64,000 nucleotides of DNA from Octopus sinensis. Its lineage: Eukaryota. Below are positions 26,920 to 38,663 of the stretch, one piece after another. The DNA is taken from the NCBI RefSeq assembly GCF_006345805.1, contig NC_043005.1, positions 5,146,001 through 5,210,000 on the forward strand, written 5' to 3'. The notes beneath the pieces were generated by a model. That model was given only the letters and a program-made list of their open reading frames with translations. It was not told where the DNA came from and searched no databases. Numbering within the stretch: position 1 is the first letter of the stretch; each line of letters begins with the position of its first letter. The translations under genes and the position numbers were made by a program.

Positions 26920-28740
26920 TGTAGAAATAAACACTGGAAATGTGCAGAGACCAACTTCTACCACGTTCCAGGGAGACAAACTAGAAGTAGTTGATAGCTT
27001 CCGCTACCTTGGAGACCAAGTTAGTAGCGGGGGTGGGTGTGCTGAAAGTGTAACTGCTAGAGTAAGAATAGCCTGGGCAAAGTTTAGAGAGCTCTTACCC
27101 CTGCTGGTGACAAAAGGCCTCTCGCTCAGAGTAAAAGGCAGACTTTATGATGCATGTGTACGTACAGCCATGCTACATGGTAGTGAAACATGGGCCGTGA
27201 CTGCTGAGGATATGCGTAAGCTCGCAAGAAATGAAGCCAGTATGCTCCGATGGATGTGTAATGTCAGTGTTCATAATCGTCAGAGTGTAAGTACCTTGAG
27301 AGAAAAGTTGAACCTAAGAAGCGTCAGTTGTGGTGTGCAAGAGAGACGGCTGCGCTGGTATGGTCATATGACGAGAATGGCTGAAGATAGTTGTGTGCAA
27401 AAGTGCTACACCCTAGCAGTTGAGGGAACCTGTGGAAGAGGTAGACCCAGGAAAACCTGGGGCGAAGTGGTGAAGCACGACCTACGAACTTTAGGTCTCA
27501 CCAAGGAAATGACTAGAGACCGAGACCTATGGAAGTATGCTGTGCGTGAGAAGACCCGGCAAGACTAGTCAGGCCATAACCCGTGGCCCCTACCTAGGAC
27601 GTAGTCAGTCCACCTGCGCATACCTTCCTTCTTGTGACACTTGTGAAGACCTGTTGAGGCAAGTGAAAATCAAACAAAATCAAAATAGATGAACATCAAT
27701 GGAATTTGTATCTTTGTGGTACCAGTGCCGGTGGCACACAAGAATACCATCCGAACGTGGGCGTAGCCAGTACCGCACCGACTGGCCTCCATGCTGTGGG
27801 CACGTAACAATCACCATCCAATCGTGGCCGATCGCCAGCCTAATCTGGCTCCTGTGTCGGTGGCACATAAAAAAACACCATCCGAGCGTGGTCGTCTGCT
27901 AGCCTTGTCTGGCACCTGTGTCGGTGGCACATAAAAACACCATCCGAGCGTGGCCGTTCGCCAGCCTCGTCTGGCACCTGTGTCGGTGGCACATAAAAAA
28001 AAAAAACACCATCCGAGTGTGGTCGTCTGCTAGCCTTGTCTGGCACCTGTGTCGGTGGCACATAAAAACACCATCCGAGCGTGGCCGTTCGCCAGCCTCG
28101 TCTGGCACCTGTGTCGGTGGCACATAAAAACACCATCCGAGCGTGGTCGTCTGCCAGCCTTGCTGGCACCTGTGTCGGTGGCACATAAAAACACCATCCG
28201 AGCGTGGCCGTTCGCCAGCCTCGTCTGGCACCTGTGTCGGTGGCACATAAAAAACACCATCCGAGCGTGGCCGTTCGCCAGCCTCGTCTGGCACCTGTGT
28301 CGGTGGCACATAAAAACACCATCCGAGCGTGGTCGTCTGCCAGCCTTGTCTGGCACCTGTGTCGGTGGCACATAAAAACACCATCCGAGCGTGGCCGTTC
28401 GCCAGCCTCGTCTGGCACCTGTGTCAGTGGCACATAAAAAACACCATCCGAGCGTGGTCGTCTGCCAGCCTTGTCTGGCACCTGTGTCGGTGGCACATAA
28501 AAACACCACCCGAGCGTGGCCGTTCGCCAGCCCCGTCTGGCACCTGTGTCGGTGGCACATAAAATCACCCACTACACTCTCGGAGTGGTTGGCGTTAGGA
28601 AGGGCATCCAGCTGTAGAAACACTGCCAGATCTGACTGGCCTGGTGCAGCCTTCGGGCTCCCCAGACACCAGTTGAACCGTCCAACCCATGCTAGCATGG
28701 AAAGCGGACGTTAAATGATGATGATGATGATGATGATGAT
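26920..28740 (+). mobile_element. RTE-clade LINE copy 1, 5'-truncated
   Basis: ORF 26915..27568 (VVDSFRYLGD, GRGRPRKTW), then the 3' UTR, tandem array and (GAT)n tail. Confidence 0.93.
27722..28565 (+). repeat. about 62-bp tandem array (12 near-identical + 2 degenerate units) in the RTE 3' UTR
   Basis: Repeated TGGCACCTGTGTCGGTGGCACATAAAAACACCATCCGAGCGTGG with two alternating variable segments. Confidence 0.95.
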
Positions 28741-28842
28741 TATATATATAATTTAAAGTAAACAGAAAATGGAGAAATATTGATCAACAACAATTGACTT
28801 ACATCAATTCTTATTTATTAATTCAATACAAATAGACTGCAT

Positions 28843-28972
28843 CCCATCTAACAGCCGTTTCTGCTTCCAATGTTATATGGCATTGCCATTGATGTTATAT
28901 ATTCTAAAAATAATATTCATAATATTTGGTAATGAAACCAATCTGGAACGGAGAGCTTTATCAGAATGGAGA
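28843..28972 (-). ncRNA. degenerate type-I hammerhead-like motif
   Basis: CUGAUAA core (G8A), stem II GCU(C)UCC/GGAAGC with a long loop, GAAA, near-palindrome ACGGCUGU, U, stem I CCAUU/A(G)AUGG. Confidence 0.35.
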
Positions 28973-29565
28973 AAAATACATTACATAAAAGAAAAAAAAA
29001 GAAGAGCCTAGAAAGGAAAAGGAAAGGCTGAATATGTTTAAATCATATAATTTTGCTTATGTGTTTCTTTGGGACTTTGAGTAAATGACTTAACTTAAAA
29101 AAATAATTGGTAGGTTAATTTTTTCTATGGGGGTAATAGGGTGGGTAAGTAATAAAAAAAGTAAATATAAAAAAATTTACAATAACGGGATACGCCAATA
29201 GGTTTAATCAAAGAAGGAGTGAAATTTCCATAATGTTTTGTAGTAATCATAATTGTTCTTAATAATTATATTTATAGTACCAATTAATAGTTTTTATCAT
29301 AATAAAGTGCCCAACAATTTTAATTATTTATTTACTAATATGTGGTAAAGTCCAACCACCTATTGTCTATAATGGGATTGACTAAGGTGCAGCGTTCAAT
29401 ATAATTGGTCAGTTAAACTGAAATCTATGAGCATAATATGCTTGCATATCTATGTCCAGGGTTAACATAGGTAATTATACCAATAGTATAACAGATACTT
29501 TTATCCCTTAGATGGTCATTCCAATCTCTAACTCTACTAACCTTATATATATATATATATTAGAA

Positions 29566-29599
<34 letters not shown>

Positions 29600-29604
<5 letters not shown>

Positions 29605-29976
29605 ATCCAAACAAGAAAACACAAAAAACACAGCAACGCGAGGACGTGGAACAAATAAAGTATTATTGGACGCTCAGGAAAGAAGGGAAGAAGGAGGGTT
29701 TAACGTTTCGAGCGGAGCTCTTCATCATCATCATCATCATCGTTTAACGTCCATTCTCCATGCTAGCATAGGTTGGACGGTTCGATTGGGGATCTGGGAA
29801 GCCAGAAGGCTGCACCAGGCTCCGGTCTTATCTGGCAATGTTTCTACAGATGGATGCCCTTCCTAATGCCAACCACTTCGTCGGAAACAAAGGAGAAGGA
29901 AAGATCCCGAGAAGAGAAGACAGAGGAAAAAAATTGCTGGCGGTGCTCACGAGGTCACATGTTGAAAACATGAGGT

Positions 29977-29990
<14 letters not shown>
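29600..29990 (-). mobile_element. Penelope-type terminal-repeat-like island in (TA)n, interrupted by an RTE 3' fragment
   Basis: Unique island between TA runs carrying a hammerhead-like motif. RTE fragment 29724-29879 with CTTC at both junctions. Confidence 0.55.
29698..29888 (-). ncRNA. minimal hammerhead motif split by an insertion
   Basis: Removing 29724-29879 gives GUUU-CCGACGA-A-GAGC-UCC-GCUC-GAAA-CG-U-U-AAAC. Confidence 0.6.
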
Positions 29991-30010
<20 letters not shown>

Positions 30011-30199
30011 AAACAGAAGAGAAAACAAACAATACTGCTGACAATGTGTCTCAATTCCAATATCCTTCAGTATCTTAAATAGCAGTTAAGATATTGTGCC
30101 AAGTGCACCAATTACCACAGAAACAATTGTCACCTTTGTTTTTTGCACAATCTCTTCATCTCTCTGGCTAGGCCCTGATATTTCTCAGTTTCTTTATAT

Positions 30200-30438
30200 A
30201 TGATTTATTGTGCATTTTAGAAAAACAAGTAAGGAATCGATATCCTCCACGATCATCACTACAGTAACTGGAGACTGTTTTAACTGAAGAATGAACAAAA
30301 ATTCCTTTGGAAACAATTCAAACTTTGTACAAGTCCATACCTCATAGAATTCAAGCTGTAATTACTGCCAAAGGTAGTTCTACCCCATATTAAAATAAAT
30401 TTGAAATTTTAAGGTGTTTCCTTTATTTTGTCCAGCCC

Positions 30439-30441
<3 letters not shown>
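30200..30441 (+). mobile_element. Tc1-like transposon 3' fragment
   Basis: 30217-30393 reads LEKQVRNRYPPRSSLQ*LETVLTEE*TKIPLETIQTLYKSIPHRIQAVITAKGSSTPY*. Ends with TIR-like ...TTTGTCCAGCCCCTG|TA. Confidence 0.8.
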
Positions 30442-30503
<62 letters not shown>

Positions 30504-30863
30504 TTGTATATATATATATTTATGTATACACACACACACATTGTATATATATATATATATTTATGTATACACACACACACACACACACACATGTATGTTG
30601 CAAAACAGTAGAACATGCTGATGAGGTAAAAACCAACAAACACTGTGAATTAGATTGGGACATAAAGAAGTAAATGACTTCATGTTTTGAGTCTTCACTC
30701 TTCTTCTGAAAGAAAGGATTGACAAGTAGAGAAAAAAAAAACAGAAAGGAAATGGAGGAAAAGAAACTGACATGTGTACAAGTGTGATGGCATGCTGAAA
30801 TGACTGGAAGTGGTAGAGAAGTCGCTTCAGGTGTCCATGGAAAATGGGGACAATTGTGAGCCT

Positions 30864-30916
<53 letters not shown>

Positions 30917-31311
30917 TGTGTGTGCGTGTGTATGTGAATGTATATGTAAATCTGTGTATCTCTTGGGTCTTCTCACCCTCAAACTGCATTATATTATTAT
31001 ATATGTGGATCTGAATGAGACTAATTCTATGTATTTAACTGCTTTCCCAACTAAACATACACTTCATTCTAATGACTCTGAACAAGCCATGAGATGTTAC
31101 ACAAGCAATCAGTTCCCACGGTGTTTCTTCACCACTTCTTTATATAGCAGAAACAGCTGTGCTGTAAGCGAATGAAGGTGATTGCATACTTCTTGTTCTT
31201 TTGTCACTTATTAATTGATATCATGTCCTGTACTCTCTTCAGTATTGTGTGTCCTAACAACTGGTCATTAGTTTTGCTATCCAATATCATAACACACACA
31301 CACATACATAC

Positions 31312-32876
31312 ATGGATAGTGAGAGCTGTACGAGCCGTGTACAGGGACGCTGTTAGTAAGTTGAGGGTTGGCAACGAGTACAGTGAATAATTCCGGGTAG
31401 AGGTTGGGGTCCACCAAGGTTCAGTCCTCAGCCCCCTCCTATTTATCATAGTCCTCCAAGCAATAACGGAGGAATTCAAGACAGGCTGCCCCTGGGAGCT
31501 CCTCTATGCTGATGACCTTGCCCTAATTGCTGAGTCACTATCAGAACTGGAGGAGAAGTTTCAGGTGTGGAAGCAAGGATTAGAATTGAAGGGCCTAAGA
31601 GTCAACCTAGCAAAAACCAAAGTTCTAATAAGTAGGAAGGTAGACAAATCACAAACACCCTCAGGTAGATGGCCCTGCTCGATCTGTAGAAAAGGCGTAG
31701 GTAGAAACTCTATAAGATGCACCAAGTGTAAGCTATGGACACATAAGAGGTGCAGCAATGTCAAAGGTAGGCTAACTAGGAAAATAGTTTTTGTATGTAG
31801 CAGATGCTCGGGAGTAATAAACACTGAAAATACGCAGAGACCATCTTCCGCCACATTCCAGGGAGAAAAACTAGAAGTAGTTGATAGCTTCTGTTACCGA
31901 GGTGACCAAGTCAGCAGCGGGGGCGGGTGTGCTGAAAGTGTAACTGCTAGTGTAAGAATAGCCTGGGCAAAGTTCAGAGAGCTCTTACCTCTGCTGGTGA
32001 CAAAAGGCCTCTCGCTGAGAGTAAAAGGCAGATTGTATGACGCATGTGTACAAACAGCTATGCTACATGGCAGTGAAACATGGGCCGTGACTGCTAAGGA
32101 TATGCGTAAGCTTGCAAGAAATGAAGCCAGTATGCTCCGATGGATGTGTAATGTCAGTGTTCATACTCGACAGAGTGTAAGTTCTTTGAGAGAAAAGTTA
32201 GACCTAAGAAGCATCAGTTGTGTGCAAGAGAGATGTTTGCGCTGGTATGATCATGTGGAGAGAATGGATGAAGATAGTTGTGTGAAAAAGTGCCACATCC
32301 TAGCGGTTGAGGGAACCTGTGGAAGAGGTAGACCCAGGAAAACCTGGGACGAGGTGGTGAAACACGACCTTCAAACTTTAGGTCTCACCGAGGAAATGAC
32401 TAGAGACCGAGACCTATGGAAACATGCTGTGCGTGAGAAGACCTGGCAGGACAAGTGAGGCCATAATCCCGTGGCCTCTACCTGGGATGTAGCCAGCCCA
32501 CTTATGCATTCCTTTCCTTCTTGGGACACAAAACTCTACTTGTGAAGACCTGTTGAGGCAAGTGAAGATCAAAATCAAAATCGTGATCGATCAACATCAA
32601 TAGAATTTGTAGCTGTGATACCAGTGCCAGTGGCACGTAAGAGAACCATCTGAACGTGGCCGTAGCCAGCGCCACCCGACTGGCCTCCGTGCCGGTGGCA
32701 TGTAAAAAGCACCCACTACACTCACGGAGTTGTTGGCGTTAGGAAGGTCATCCAGCTGTAGAAACACTGCCAGATCAAACTGGGCCTGGTGCAGCCTTCT
32801 GGCTACCCAGACCCCAGTTGAACCGTCCAACCCATGCCAGCATGGAAAGCGGACGTTAAATGATGATGATGATGAT
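31312..32876 (+). mobile_element. RTE-clade LINE copy 2, 5'-truncated
   Basis: VHQGSVLSPLLF, LLYADDL, PHD finger and C-terminus in one frame with one in-frame TAA (31388-31390). Stop at 32458; 3' UTR with (GAT)n tail. Confidence 0.95.
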
Positions 32877-32939
32877 ATATATATATGTATGTATGCACAT
32901 ACATACACAGACACACATACATACACAGACCACACACAC

Positions 32940-32983
<44 letters not shown>

Positions 32984-33181
32984 CACCACACACACACACA
33001 CATATACGTTTAAATATTTGTTGTGCAAGATTTTTTATGTGAAGTCGTGTGTTGAAACAGATATTGTTATATTTCGGAATGGTCATATTGCCAGTTTAGC
33101 CAATAAAAACACACGCACTATATATTTGGTATTATTTTGCTTCAGTGTTATTTATTTTTTACATTAATCTTAATCTTATTT

Positions 33182-33227
33182 CGGTCAGAGTTCTTTCGTC
33201 ACACTCCTGTGACCGCATCAGTGGTCC
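33182..33227 (-). ncRNA. variant hammerhead-like motif in the inverted terminal repeat
   Basis: CUGAUGCG-GUCAC-AGGAGU-GUGAC-GAAA-GAAC-UC. Confidence 0.45.
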
Positions 33228-33348
33228 TTTGTTTTCTTCTTTCTTATTTGTGTCTCTCCTTACTAACCGTCAGCCATTTTGTATTTCCATTGTATGTCTT
33301 CATTTGCGCATGCTTATATCTCTATGTGCGTTTATGTTTATTTAGTGT

Positions 33349-35327
33349 GTGTATGAGGAGAGAGAAAAGGTCTTCAATGCCCACATGATGATGTGGACAA
33401 TTGTTCTGAGACCCCAGAAACGTACAGCAAATAATTTCCAAGCCTGGAACAATGATATCCTGGCACTGTATGGACTTCGCAAGGACCATAAAGTAATTAC
33501 TGACCCTATAGCAGGACCACCAACAAGACCAGTCTGTGGAGCGAATATCGCTAGCAATTACAGAATCTCCTACTTCCTCTCAATGATCATACGCCCTATA
33601 ATCCGGATGTCACCTGATGTTTGTGACAGCACAGAAGATCTCCTCAGCGGGATCGATGACTGTAACAGCACTTGTGACCTGACAGGATGTATGGTGGGTA
33701 GCATGGATGTGGTATCCCTATACCCATCGATCGACGTAGATTTTGTGGTGGAGAAGTGCATGGAGATGATCAATGAGAGCCAGGTGGAGTTCTGTAATGT
33801 CAACACAGAAGAACTGGGCCTCCTACTTAGACTGACATGTAATAATGAATACTTAGATAAACATAATCTTAGTAGTTTCTGCCCCAGTAGATGTTTAAGA
33901 GGTAGACCGCCCACAATTACTTCTATGGCTAGGAAGACACATATAGAAAGATGGCGCTGATGGACCAGAGCCATATGGAGCCCCGCAAATGTCCATCAGA
34001 TAAAGAAAATGATCGTACATGCACTAGGAGCTAGTATAAGAGTTACCCTAAAAGGCCACACGTTTAAGTTTAATAATAAAATATATGCCCAGGACGAGGA
34101 GGCAGCCATCGGCATTAGTATCGCTGGTGATGTGGCCAACCTTTTCATGGTATGGTGGGACAGAAGGCTTAAAGAACACCGAACACAGAACTCCATACTC
34201 GTAAACATGTACTCTCGCTATGTTGATGATATCAACATAGTGGTAAAGGCACCCCCACAAGAGAGTAATGTTGATATAATAATAGAAACTAATACTATGG
34301 AGAGCATCCAGCAAATAGCTAACTCCATCCACCAGAGTATTAAGGTCACAATAGACTACCCCACTAAACACCCCAACCATAGACTACCAGTACTAGACAC
34401 CGAACTCTGGCTAGAAATTGTGAATAATAAAACCCAAATCCTTCATTCATACTATGCCAAACCTATGGCCTCAAATACTTGATCCACCGGAACTCAGCCA
34501 TTGCGGACAATGCCAAATTCAATATTTTGATGGCAGACCTCGTCAGAATAACGAGAAATGTGTCACGCATGTGCGAGCCTACAGAGTTAAAGAGACACAT
34601 ACAATATTTCATTCACCGCATGCAGTTCTCAGGTTACAGCCATAAAGAAAGGATCAGAGTATACAAAGGAGCCATTAAGAAATTTAATAATATATTATGT
34701 AATGATAGGAATGGGATTTGCCCATTCTATAGGAACAAGTCATGGAACACTATAGAAAGGACAAAAAAGAAAATAGGGAAGGCCAACTCTTGGTATGATA
34801 GCCATAAATACCAGAGTGTCATGTTCGTTGACACCACCCCTGGAGGTGAACTGGCGTACCGCTTTAGAAGGACCCTAGACAAACTTAAGCTAAGAATTAA
34901 GGTTGTAGAAAAGCTAGGCAACGCTATCAAATCTATAATTGGTAGAACCTATCCTTTTAGTAGAACCCCCTGTACGGATAAGTACTGTACTGTATGTAGA
35001 TTTAGCCCACAAACAAACTGTAAAGCCAGAAATGTAGTCTATAGTATAAGATGTATAGAGGGACGATGCAGTAACAAGACAACGACATACGTAGGGGAAA
35101 CAGCAAGAAGCATAGGAGAGCGGGTAAATGAGCATTGGAGACAACTCAAGGAAGGTAAAAGCTCATCGATTCTGTACCAACACGCCGAACAGGAACACGG
35201 GGGGTCAATCAATAACATAGAAATTAAAATATTATCCACACATAGATCAGATGCAACAATTAGACAAATTACAGAAGCTACACACATAATAGAAAATAAA
35301 CCTAGCCTGAATAGAAAACTAGAATAG
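33349..35327 (+). pseudogene. Penelope-like RT/GIY-YIG ORF with one in-frame TGA and one frameshift
   Basis: LYGLRKDHK, DVVSLYPSID, IGISIAGDVANLFM, RYVDD (34219-34230), LPVLD, Cys-rich linker, NVVYSIRC...YVGETARSIGERVNEH. TGA at 33958-33960; 1-nt deletion near 34474. Confidence 0.92.
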
Positions 35328-35826
35328 AGCACTAACACACACCATAACATATGACGATAGAGGATCCTGAAAACATAATAAATACACAGATAAATAAACT
35401 AATAGAAATAAATAACTATATATATATATATTTATTTTTTTTATTTATAATTTTTTTATTTTTTTATTTTTTATTTTTTTATTATTAAAAAATTTTTTTT
35501 TTCGATTCGATTTATTATTGTTATTACTAGTATTGTTGTTATACATACAAGCATATGTAATGATAATAATAAGTGGATGTAAACACATGAACAAAATAAG
35601 AATAAATGAATAAACAAAAACAACAAAAACAAAAAACAAAATGCAAATTACATGAACATATATAAACAGAAAATACAAATATTACAGGCATCCCCCCACA
35701 TACACACATTAAATAAACATAAACGCACATAGAGATATAAGCATGCGCAAATGAAGACATACAATGGAAATACAAAATGGCTGACGGTTAGTAAGGAGAG
35801 ACACAAATAAGAAAGAAGAAAACAAA

Positions 35827-35871
35827 GGACCACTGATGCGGTCACAGGAGTGTGACGAAAGAACTCTGGCC
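35827..35871 (+). ncRNA. variant hammerhead-like motif in the 3' terminal repeat
   Basis: GGACCA-CUGAUGCG-GUCAC-AGGAGU-GUGAC-GAAA-GAAC-UC-UGGCC, in sense to the ORF. Confidence 0.5.
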
Positions 35872-36390
35872 GAAATAAGATTAAGATTAATGTAAAAAAT
35901 AAATAACACTGAAGCAAAGTAACACCAAATATATAGTGCACGTGTTTTTATTGGCTAAACTGGCAATATGAACCATCCGAAATATAACAATATATATAAT
36001 ATATATTATATATATAGACACAGACACAAACAGTCATATATACATGCATGTATGCATATACACACACATGTATATACATACATGTACATATGAATGTATA
36101 AATACATATACATGTGTATATAAGACCTGGGGGTCGATTTGTTTGACTAAAGGCAGTGCTCCAGCATGGCTGCAGTCAAATGACTGAAACAAGTAAAAGA
36201 AATAAAAGAAATGAAATATATATAGGAGTGGCTGTGTTAAGTAGCTTGCTTACCAACCATGTGGTTCCGGGTTCAGTCCCACTGCGTTGCACCTTGGGCA
36301 AGTGTCTTCTACTATAGCCTTGGGCTGACCAAAGCCTTGTGAGTGGATTTGGTAGATGGAAACTGAAAGAAACCTGTCATATATATATAT

Positions 36391-38238
36391 ATCATCATCA
36401 TTTAACGTCCGCTTTCCATGCTAGCATGGGTTGGACAATTTGATTGAGCACTGGCGAACCAGATGGCTGCACCAGGCTCCAATCTGATCTGTCAGAGTTT
36501 CTACTGCTGGATGCCCTTCCTAACGCCAACCACTCCGAGAATGTAGTGGGTGCTTTTACATGCCACTAGCATGAGGGCCAGTCAGGTAGTACTGGCAATG
36601 ACCATACTCAAATGGTGTTTTTTATGAGCTACCTGCACAGGAGCCACTCCAGCAGCACTGGCAACGACATCACTCGAATCTATTCTCATGTCCCACTGGC
36701 ACAAATGCCAGTAAGGCGAGGCTGATAATAATCACGCACAAATGGTGCTTTTTATGTTCAGATGGTGCTCTTAGTGCTCCACTAGCACGGATGCCAGTCA
36801 TCAAATTTGATTTGATTTCGATTTCACTTGCCTCAACAGGTCTTCGCAAGCAGAGTTTAGTGTCCAGTTAAGGAAAGGTATGCATAAGTGGGCTGGTTAC
36901 ACCCCTGGCATAGGCCATGAGTTTATGGTCTCACTTGGCTTGCCGGGTCTTCTCAAGCACAGTATATTTCCAAGGGCCTCGGTCACTAGTCATTGCCTCG
37001 GTGAGGCCTAATGTTCGAAGGTCATGCTTTACCACCTCATCCCAGGTCTTCCTGGGTCTACCTCTTCCACAGGTTCCCTCAACCGCTAGGGTGTGGCACT
37101 TTTTCACACAGCTATCCTCATCCATTCTTGCCACATGACCAGTTGTCTCTCTTGCACACCACATCTGATGCTTCTTAGGTCCAACTTTTCTCTCAAGGTA
37201 CTTACACTCTGTTGAGTATGCACACTGACATTACACATCCATTGGATCATACTGGCTTCATTCCTTGTGAGCTTACACATGTCCTCAGTAGTCGCAGCCC
37301 ATATTTCACTGCCATGTAGCATGGCTGTTTGTACACATGCGTCATACAGTCTACCTTTTACTTTGAGCGAGAGGCCCTCTCTCACCAGCAGCGGTAAGAA
37401 CTCTCTGAACTTTGCCCAGGCTATTCTTATTTTAGCAGTTACACTTTCAGCACACCCACCCCCGCTATTGACTTGGTCACCCAGGTAACAGAAGCTATCA
37501 GCTACTTATAGTTTTCTCCTTGGAATGTGGTGGAAGTTGTTCTCTGCGCATTTTCAGTGTTTATTGCTCCTGAGCATCTGCCACATACAAAAACTATCTT
37601 CCCAGCTAGCCTTCCTTTGATATTGCTGTACCTCTTATGTGTCCATAGCTTACACTGGGTACATCTTATAGAGTTTCTACTTACGCCTTTTCTACAGATC
37701 AAGCAGGGTAATCTACCTGAAGGGATTTGTAGTTTGCCTGCCTTCCTACTTAATAGGATTTTTTTTGTGGGGTGGGGTAGCCAGGTTGTCTCTAAGGCCC
37801 TTCAATTCTAATCCTTGTTTCCACACCTGAAACTTCTCATCTAGTTCTGATAGTGACTCAGGAATTAGAGCAATGTCAGGTGACTAGGCTATAGCCAACA
37901 CTGCCAGATATTTTGAGCATCTCTGCAGTGATTCCTGATGGGCTGGGGGCTTTCCCTGTCTTCATACTCTTAATTGCTTTATCTACCAAGGTACTGTCAA
38001 CTCAGATAGCTGGTCCCTCTGTTGGGTCAACATTCGGCAGACTCTCTTTCTCCCATTCATTTTATTTATTGAGCAACCTTTCATAGTGACGTCTTTGCAG
38101 CCTCGTTTAATGCAAGTGAACCATCATCCATGTGGACACATTTCTCTACTACAACGTCACGATTCTCTCTCACACGTTGTCTTGCAACATGAAATACCTC
38201 AAGTCTTTGGTCCTCACAGCACAGAACATTGGCAAATA
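36391..38238 (-). mobile_element. RTE LINE copy 3 with internal deletion of the RT core
   Basis: Minus strand: DKAIKSMKTGKAPSPSGITAEMLK joined directly to the post-YADD region, then PHD, C-terminus, 3' UTR and (GAT)n tail at 36391. Confidence 0.9.
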
Positions 38239-38613
38239 TATGTATGTGTGTGTGTTTGTGTGTCTGTGTTTGTCCCCCCAACATTGCTTGACAACTGATG
38301 CTGGTGTGTTTACATCCCCGTAACTTAGCAATTCAGTAAAAAAGACCGACAGAATAAGTACTAGGCTTACAAATAGTATGTCCTGGGTCAATTTGCTCGA
38401 CTAAAAGTGGTGCTCCATCATGGACACAATCAAATGACTGAAACAAATAAAAAGAATAAAAGAATATAGATGTATGTCTACATATATCCATCTCTCTCAT
38501 TCTTACTCTCTTTCTATGTGTGTGTGTGTGTGTGTGTGTGTATACAGAGAATGAGAGAGAGAAGGAAAAAAATGGATATATATAGACATGGACTTTAAAC
38601 GATATGTATTATA

Positions 38614-38663
<50 letters not shown>

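Larger units (their letters stand above)
33017..35993 (+). mobile_element. Penelope-like element, 5'-truncated, with inverted terminal-repeat copy
   Basis: RT + GIY-YIG coding region. 33061-33355 is an inverted copy of 35699-35993. Confidence 0.93.

Noticed and set aside
27840-28714. CRISPR-like appearance and long repetitive ORFs of the 62-bp array
   Set aside because: Variable segments are two recurring types rather than unique spacers, there are no cas genes, and the context is a eukaryotic LINE UTR. The ORFs reflect the repeat period.
30625-30660. CTGATGAGGTAAAAACC as a hammerhead
   Set aside because: Stem II is not followed by GAAA. CTGATGA hits near 14000 and 52983 fail similarly.
35327-35420. 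SECIS element downstream of the Penelope ORF
   Set aside because: ATGA is present but no supporting helix or GA quartet could be drawn.
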